Under the pieces are notes generated by a model. That model did not search any database. It was not told where the DNA came from and saw nothing but the letters and a program-made list of their open reading frames with translations. Shown piece by piece: positions 17,831-22,955 of a DNA stretch of 22,955 bases. Source of the DNA: a virus (lineage: Duplodnaviria > Heunggongvirae > Uroviricota > Caudoviricetes); the IMG/VR virus record IMGVR_UViG_2541047790_000011, one strand, 5' to 3'. Each line of letters starts with the position of its first letter. The stretch's first letter is position 1. The position numbers and the translations under genes are program-made.

Positions 17831-18424
17831 TCATTCGGTCATGGAAAGATTGCTGATTTCGGTAATCCCGGCAATTTCCTCGCTGACGGATTTCAGTTCG
17901 ATTTCCAGCTTGGTGCGTTCGTTGACCAGCGCAGCTACGGTCTTACGGCGGTCTGCCAGTGACGGAAGGTTGTCATTGCCCCACGCCACGCTTTTATCCT
18001 TTTTGAGCGCTTCGGTCAGGCGGGTGGCGACCACATCCGGGAAGAAAAAGCATAACTTACGCATAACCGTCATCCCGACATCAGCCAGGGGGACATTCCC
18101 GCTCAGTCCCACCAGACGGAACAGACCAGAAATATCACCATTCTCATTTTCCAGATTACCCCAGCGTTCGGCGTTCCCTTCACTGCCGGAACCGTTGCAA
18201 AGAGCAAGCTTGAATGACTGATATTCTTCCTGCCCGAATCGCTCAATATATTCAGGAATAAAGGAACAGTAATCATTAAGCGATAATGGCATATCCTGTA
18301 ATGTGGTTATTTCACTGTTAATCTCTCCAATTCGGCGGGAGAGCTTTTCTTTCTGCTCATTCAGGGAGGCAAGATTATTTTTAACGGCGTTCAGTGCTTC
18401 GATAAGGGAAATAACAGGTTTCAT
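17831..18424 (-). CDS. Hypothetical protein (third gene of Mor-headed operon)
   Basis: 197 aa from MKPVISLIEALNAVKNNL; the start lies 1 nt after the upstream gene's stop. Coiled-coil-like N- and C-terminal segments; no recognised family. Confidence 0.5.
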   Translation of the reverse strand: MKPVISLIEALNAVKNNLASLNEQKEKLSRRIGEINSEITTLQDMPLSLNDYCSFIPEYIERFGQEEYQSFKLALCNGSGSEGNAERWGNLENENGDISGLFRLVGLSGNVPLADVGMTVMRKLCFFFPDVVATRLTEALKKDKSVAWGNDNLPSLADRRKTVAALVNERTKLEIELKSVSEEIAGITEISNLSMTE

Positions 18425-18425
18425 T

Positions 18426-19040
18426 TTAATAACTCCAGATGAAAGGCGTGGTGAGGGCGAGCGCTTCAGAATAGGAGACATTGCAGGCTGCACTTACGTC
18501 CTTTATTAAAAGGTGCTGTGCTGCCCTCTGACTGTCTGCTATGCCGTCAAACTCTGAAAAATGAACGTGTGATTCATTGTGATAAAAGCAAACCGGGTAA
18601 CAGCTTTCCATAAATTCTACCTGCGCCAGTCCCTTTACTGCTGGAGGCTGTGAGCCGAGAAAACCGATATGCTGAAGATACCAGGCACCGATTCCTGCCG
18701 GGTTGTTCGCTTCGCCGGGTCTATAAAATGCCGCAGACACTTTCCTGTAACGCCCTGCGCGTACCAGTCCCAGCAGGGTTTCATCAGGCTTAACCAGCGC
18801 GAAAAGCCTGCCGTTTTTACTTATCAGCCCAGTTGTTTCACCATAAGATGGGCTGTTGCTGGCCGGATGTCCAATACACAGCGGCGCACCATAACCCGCA
18901 CGATGATAGCCGTTATAGGCTGCCGCCATGTTGTCGATATCCTCGTCGGAAAAGGCAATTTCCTGCCCAGCCATCGTGATATGCGTTCCCGCCCGGAATA
19001 TCTCGATAGTTTTCCAGTTGCCAATATCGATATCTTTCAT
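18426..19040 (-). CDS. Hypothetical protein (second gene of Mor-headed operon)
   Basis: 204-aa ORF tightly coupled to both neighbours. The N-terminus (W-TIEIFRAGTHI--AGQEI-FS-EDIDN-AAAYN ... PLCIGHP) loosely recalls Mu-like prophage protein I / DUF-type phage proteins; this is a weak, unverified impression. Confidence 0.5.
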   Translation of the reverse strand: MKDIDIGNWKTIEIFRAGTHITMAGQEIAFSDEDIDNMAAAYNGYHRAGYGAPLCIGHPASNSPSYGETTGLISKNGRLFALVKPDETLLGLVRAGRYRKVSAAFYRPGEANNPAGIGAWYLQHIGFLGSQPPAVKGLAQVEFMESCYPVCFYHNESHVHFSEFDGIADSQRAAQHLLIKDVSAACNVSYSEALALTTPFIWSY

Positions 19041-19041
19041 T

Positions 19042-19569
19042 TTAAATTACCCCATATTTCGCATCGCGCTGTATTTTATTTTTCTTGCGTTCGGCGGCTA
19101 TAATCTGATAAATACACTGAATGGAACGCTTGTATTTTTTTGATAGTTCAAAAATAGAGATACCCTGATAAAAATCAGCCAGTATTTTTGAGTTCCTGTC
19201 GAAAGTGTTTTTTGATGCGCCCATAGGGATATATATATTCCCCCTGAAAAATGTATTCCTGAGACATTCAGTGATGGCAGGAGAAAGTTTTTCGGCTTGC
19301 GAACAGAGGTAAGGTATGGTTCCTAATGTCTGCTCAATAGATTCAGTCAGCTCCTGTAGGAAGCGAACTGCCTTAGGTGCTCTTTCTCGGTGTTCAGCCA
19401 TATACCCCTGGCAGCCACCAAGGTTATCAGAGATACCCAACACAATATGATTAGCCGCACTGCAGGACTGTTGCCGTGAATACCCTTTGTTGATCAGAAA
19501 CACTTCTATAGCATCGCCCATTGCCCCCAAAGTATCGGATGAAGCATACAATCCTTCTCTTGTAATCAT
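19042..19569 (-). CDS. Mor-family transcriptional activator-like protein
   Basis: C-terminal region RGNIYIPMGASKNTFDRNSKILADFYQGISIFELSKKYKRSIQCIYQIIAAERKK parallels the Mu Mor/C activator HTH region (G-VYIP-G ... R---I---F-G-----L---Y------IY-I---RK). GAGGTG lies 5-6 nt upstream of the ATG at 19569; the ORF track GTG at 19575 is an alternative. Confidence 0.6.
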   Translation of the reverse strand: MITREGLYASSDTLGAMGDAIEVFLINKGYSRQQSCSAANHIVLGISDNLGGCQGYMAEHRERAPKAVRFLQELTESIEQTLGTIPYLCSQAEKLSPAITECLRNTFFRGNIYIPMGASKNTFDRNSKILADFYQGISIFELSKKYKRSIQCIYQIIAAERKKNKIQRDAKYGVI

Positions 19570-19809
19570 AATCACACCTCGTCAACGATAAATATGCGCA
19601 CATAAAGCCTTTATAAAGCTTTATGAGGTGCATTACTGGTGTCATTCCATGATGCACACCACCAACAACCAAAAACGCCTTACAGAGCATTTCAATGTGT
19701 GTTATTAATGTGGATTAAGAATATGGTTTTGGGGCGAGAATGTTTTTTAATGTACTTTAGATATGACGAAGCCCCTCAAAGGAGGGGCGAGGCGGAAAAC
19801 TATTTATAA

Positions 19810-20088
19810 CTATTCCTTACTCTCCTGATCAAGACGATTACCTATCAGGTTAATCATTGCCATTGCATCAGATAGCAGGATACTGTTAACAAGTGCTAAG
19901 GGCGTCTGTGTTGATTTATCATCAACGGCAACAGAAAGTTCATCATTCAGGCGACGAACGGCCTCAAGACGGCTAAAGGCGGCTTCCCATATTTCTGTAC
20001 TCGGGGCATCAGCATTAACAAACAAAACATCGTAAGACGTTCCCTGAGACTCATGAGGACAGGCTATGAAATTAGCAGTAGCTTTCAT
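19810..20088 (-). CDS. Hypothetical small acidic protein (second gene of 2-gene operon)
   Basis: 92-aa ORF; its start overlaps the upstream gene's stop (ATGA at 20085-20088). No recognised family. Confidence 0.5.
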   Translation of the reverse strand: MKATANFIACPHESQGTSYDVLFVNADAPSTEIWEAAFSRLEAVRRLNDELSVAVDDKSTQTPLALVNSILLSDAMAMINLIGNRLDQESKE

Positions 20089-20564
20089 TTTGCAGTCCTC
20101 CGGTTAATTATAAATTTATTATAAATTTCATAACTTGCGGCATTCAGTCCTGGACTGTATTTATCTGCCAGTGAACAGGCAATGAATTCTTCAATCGATT
20201 TAGTCAGTATATCAAGCTCAGTTGTTCCGGAATAACGCAAGGCCACTCGAAATAATTCTCGGCAGTATGTTTTTTTATGGTCAATATTTTGTAACTGCTG
20301 TTGCGGTATATCACGACGTTCAAATATATTAACAAATGCATTAAGCGGGAAGCTATGATTTGCCTGCGGATATTGCTCATAGGAAAACACCACAGTATTA
20401 CCGTTGCATTCTTTAACAATTGCATTCATACCGCTGTTAATTTCAATATACCACTCTCCTATACATGGAGGATTGATAGCTTCGCTCTGTGCCTTGATTA
20501 AAGGTAAGCGGATAGTATCCACTTGGTTTGTTGCAACTGAATCGTTAGACTTGTCGTTAGCCAT
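20085..20564 (-). CDS. Hypothetical protein (first gene of 2-gene operon)
   Basis: 159 aa from MANDKSNDSV with AGGA 8 nt upstream. AT-rich codon usage by eye. No recognised family. Confidence 0.55.
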   Translation of the reverse strand: MANDKSNDSVATNQVDTIRLPLIKAQSEAINPPCIGEWYIEINSGMNAIVKECNGNTVVFSYEQYPQANHSFPLNAFVNIFERRDIPQQQLQNIDHKKTYCRELFRVALRYSGTTELDILTKSIEEFIACSLADKYSPGLNAASYEIYNKFIINRRTAK

Positions 20565-20597
20565 GACTGTTATCCTACACATAACGGTTTTTGGTTA

Positions 20598-20701
20598 GGC
20601 CATAGCAAGTGCTCGCAACATTTGTTATGGCCGTTTCTTTGGCCCTTTCCCTGTGATAAGGTATAGACCTAACAAGTAAACACTAAGCCATAGGTCTATA
20701 C
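20598..20701. promoter_or_regulatory. Divergent promoter region with two inverted repeats (candidate operators)
   Basis: IR1: ggccatagcaa (20598-20608) / ttgttatggcc (20622-20632), one mismatch. IR2: gtatagacct (20661-20670) / aggtctatac (20692-20701), perfect, 21-bp spacer. Located between the minus-strand 2-gene operon and the plus-strand RHH gene. Confidence 0.35.
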
Positions 20702-20752
20702 ATGTCAACTATCTTGAGAGATAAAAGCCAAAAAGGGGCAGGGAAAGCCCCC

Positions 20753-20893
20753 ATGTTTAACGTTAGAATATCGCCAGATTTGAAAGAACAGTTTGAAATA
20801 CAAGCAAAAAAAGAAGGTGTTAGCTTGGGAAACTGGCTCAAGGAACTTGGCAGGGCGGAACTAAAACGTAAGGGGATCGAGCCGAAAGGGTGA
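20753..20893 (+). CDS. Ribbon-helix-helix (CopG/Arc/MetJ-like) DNA-binding protein
   Basis: 46 aa from MFNVRISPDLKEQFEIQAKKEGVSLGNWLKELGRAELKR: a beta-strand followed by two helices is the RHH signature. AGGGA lies about 9 nt upstream of this ATG. The ORF-track start at 20702 has no Shine-Dalgarno and abuts IR2. Confidence 0.55.
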   Translation: MFNVRISPDLKEQFEIQAKKEGVSLGNWLKELGRAELKRKGIEPKG

Positions 20894-20919
20894 TGTTTTA
20901 GTCTCCCTGTGTTTGATTA

Positions 20920-21753
20920 AAAGCGAAATCGCTTTCACATTTAAAGTTCAAGATAGCCAATGCCATCACCAAAGCGGACAGCGCTGTCCGCTTTTCATCA
21001 GTAAAAACCACATATTTACGCCAAAACGCTCAACGTTGAGCGCTACGTACCCCGGCAAAAGCGCAAGCGTCTGCGCTTTTGGTAACAAGCAATCAGCATT
21101 TAAATGCGGACAACGTTGACCGTTTTGAGGAATCAATGTCGGCTGAGCAAAAACGACAACGTTGTCGTTTTTAAAACGGCAAGCGCTTACCGTTTCAGAT
21201 TATCGAGGCGGTAAGAGTTTACCGTTTGGTGTCAATTATGTTCAATAAGCGAAAACGTTTTCGCATTTTCTCACCTAACGCGGCAAACCTTCTTTGTCCT
21301 AGATGGAAAAACGACAGCGCTGTCGTTTCTAATCCGGGGTTCCAAACCGCTCAGCGCTGAGCGGTTCTGTGGCTTTCTTACAATCCAAATCCGCCAACGT
21401 TGGCAGATTTGCAAATATCACATATGATTGATGGTCCCGAATCACAAATGTCCCAGCGCGGGGATATTTCAAGTAGTTCAATCATTTCATGCGCTGGCAG
21501 TCATCTCCAAAACTGCGAACGCCTGCCCTTTCAGTACAGTTTGGTAATATATATTGGTAAGCTTTACTTGTAGAAATATAAAACTCCAAAAGCGCCAGCG
21601 CTGGCGCTTTGTAAGGCCAGCAATATCATTCCCAGCGCTGGAATACTAAAAGGCGGATTCCTGCATCTTAATTTGAGATGGAATCTCATGGCAATCCAGT
21701 GTTAACGTAGGGTTTTAGCCAGTACTCACGACTTGAATATGCCAGCGCTGGCA
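20920..21753. repeat. Array of at least 15 sequence-diverse palindromes with shared architecture (A-run, CG-rich arms around a CAGCGCTG or CAACGTTG centre, T-run)
   Basis: Perfect palindromes read directly: 20971-20994 (24 nt), 21027-21042 (16), 21149-21172 (24), 21249-21264 (16), 21309-21328 (20), 21345-21366 (22), 21393-21404 (12), 21589-21610 (22), 21632-21641 (10), 21740-21753 (14). Near-perfect: 20920-20935, 21057-21080, 21107-21122, 21174-21195, 21209-21224. No convincing ORF covers the array. Confidence 0.6.
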
Positions 21754-21990
21754 CATTTGAAGTCTGGTAACATCAATAATCTAATGACACCTGATGTAAT
21801 TTTGAACCCTGAACTGGAATCAACCCCAAATTTAATGGCAACAGCTATCAGCCAGATTACTGATGAACGTGACCTGCTGAACCAATTACTTGACCAAGCA
21901 CAGATGGCCGATGCATTCGAGCAATTTTCCCGAACGGTTCGGACTTCTAAACTGGCTTTTGTGAAGGAAAACAAGGGCTTTGTTGAATAA
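21739..21990 (+). CDS. Hypothetical ORF whose 3' end runs into the IS903 terminal inverted repeat (possibly insertion-truncated)
   Basis: About 83 aa from ATG 21739 (MPALAHLKSG...); the last codons (GGC TTT GTT GAA TAA) are IS903 end sequence. The start codon sits inside the 14-bp palindrome 21740-21753. Coding status uncertain. Confidence 0.3.
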   Translation: MPALAHLKSGNINNLMTPDVILNPELESTPNLMATAISQITDERDLLNQLLDQAQMADAFEQFSRTVRTSKLAFVKENKGFVE

Positions 21991-22955
21991 ATCAGATTTC
22001 GGGTAAGTCTCCCCCGTAGCGGGTTGTGTTTTCAGGCAATACGCACGCTTTCAGGCATACCTGCTTTCGTCATTTTGTTCAGCGCTCGTACCAGGGCCAT
22101 AGCCTCTGCAACCTGACCATCGTAGTCACGCAGTGTCAGTGAACCTCCGAACAGCTGTTTTACCCGGTACATCGCCGTTTCCGCTATCGAGCGACGGTTA
22201 TAATCTGTTGTCCATTTCCACCGCGCATTACTCCCGGTCAGCCGCTGATTCGCAACAGCACGGTTACGGTCTGCATATTCACCGGGCCAGTAACCCGCGC
22301 CTTTTCGGGGCGGGATAAGCGCGCTGATTTTCTTACGCCGCAGTTCATCGTGACAGAGCCGGGTGTCGTAAGCGCCGTCTGCCGATGCTGCCCTGATTTT
22401 TCTGTGAGTCTGCCGGATAAGACCCGGGAAGGCTTCTGAGTCCGTCACATTGTTCAGCGACAGGTCTGCACAGATGATTTCATGTGTTTTGCTGTCAACT
22501 GCCAGATGCAACTTTCGCCATATACGACGGCGTTCTTTGCCGTGTTTTTTGACTTTCCATTCGCCTTCACCAAAGACCTTCAGCCCGGTGGAATCAATCA
22601 CCAGATGCGCGATTTCACCTCGGGTGAACGTTTTGAAACTGACATTAACCGACTTTGCGCGCTTGCTGACACTGGTGTAATCCGGGCAGCGCAACGGAAC
22701 ATTCATCAGTGTAAAAATGGAATCAATAAAACCCTGTGCAGCCCGCAGGGTCAACCTGAACACGCGTTTAATGACCAGAACGGTGGTGATGGCGAGATCA
22801 GAATAGCGCTGAGGTCTTCCCCGTGATGAAGGCGTTGCCGACTCATACCAGGCCTGAATAGCTTCATCATCCAGCCAGAAAGTTATGGAGCCACGGTTGA
22901 TGAGGGCTTTATTGTAGGTGGGCCAGTTGGTGATTTTGAACTTTTGCTTTGCCAC
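21976..22955 (-). mobile_element. IS903 (IS5 family), partial - runs off the right window edge
   Basis: Terminal inverted repeat GGCTTTGTTGAATAAATC begins at about 21976; the internal transposase is recognisable as IS903 from memory. The ~1.06-kb element would end beyond base 22955. Confidence 0.88.
22032..22955 (-). CDS. IS903 transposase
   Basis: 307-codon ORF starting MAKQKFKITNWPTYNKALINRGSITFWLDDEAIQAWYESATPSSRGRPQRYSDLAITTVLVIKRVFRLTLRAAQGF, near-identical to the IS903 transposase as recalled. Start codon (GTG in this frame) is at the very last bases of the window. Confidence 0.9.
   Translation of the reverse strand: MAKQKFKITNWPTYNKALINRGSITFWLDDEAIQAWYESATPSSRGRPQRYSDLAITTVLVIKRVFRLTLRAAQGFIDSIFTLMNVPLRCPDYTSVSKRAKSVNVSFKTFTRGEIAHLVIDSTGLKVFGEGEWKVKKHGKERRRIWRKLHLAVDSKTHEIICADLSLNNVTDSEAFPGLIRQTHRKIRAASADGAYDTRLCHDELRRKKISALIPPRKGAGYWPGEYADRNRAVANQRLTGSNARWKWTTDYNRRSIAETAMYRVKQLFGGSLTLRDYDGQVAEAMALVRALNKMTKAGMPESVRIA

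Noticed and set aside
18669-19103. 144-aa plus-strand ORF antisense to the Mor-operon genes
   Set aside because: Overlaps two tightly coupled minus-strand genes; Cys/Arg-rich product.
19771-19788. Hairpin gcccctc-aaag-gaggggc just downstream of the 19810-20088 gene
   Set aside because: Perfect 7-bp stem, but the following sequence on either strand is only weakly U-rich, so a terminator call is not well supported.
20913-21119. 68-aa plus-strand ORF within the palindrome array
   Set aside because: Reading frame passes through several palindromes, has no Shine-Dalgarno and gives a Cys/Ser-rich product; the palindromes explain the sequence better.

Overview
E. coli-like chromosomal window in three parts. 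(1) 1 to ~13.6 kb: a compact phage satellite with the gene content of a capsid-forming PICI: integrase, AlpA, a divergent regulatory region, primase-helicase followed by an iteron origin, SSB, one opposite-strand accessory gene, then HK97-type major capsid, prohead protease, portal, head-tail connector, HNH endonuclease, small and large terminase; no tail or lysis genes. (2) 14.4-17.5 kb: core genes clpS-clpA, a two-repeat orphan type I-F CRISPR remnant and tRNA-Ser(GGA) on the minus strand. (3) 17.5-22 kb: accessory DNA with a 3-gene minus-strand operon headed by a Mor-family activator-like gene, a translationally coupled 2-gene operon divergent from a small ribbon-helix-helix gene, an ~830-bp array of at least 15 sequence-diverse perfect or near-perfect palindromes, and an IS903 copy running off the window end. 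Most worth a second look: the palindrome array, the uncharacterised accessory genes (6372-6878 and 19810-20564), and the satellite itself. All protein calls come from reading the translations and recalled family motifs; no database search was run.
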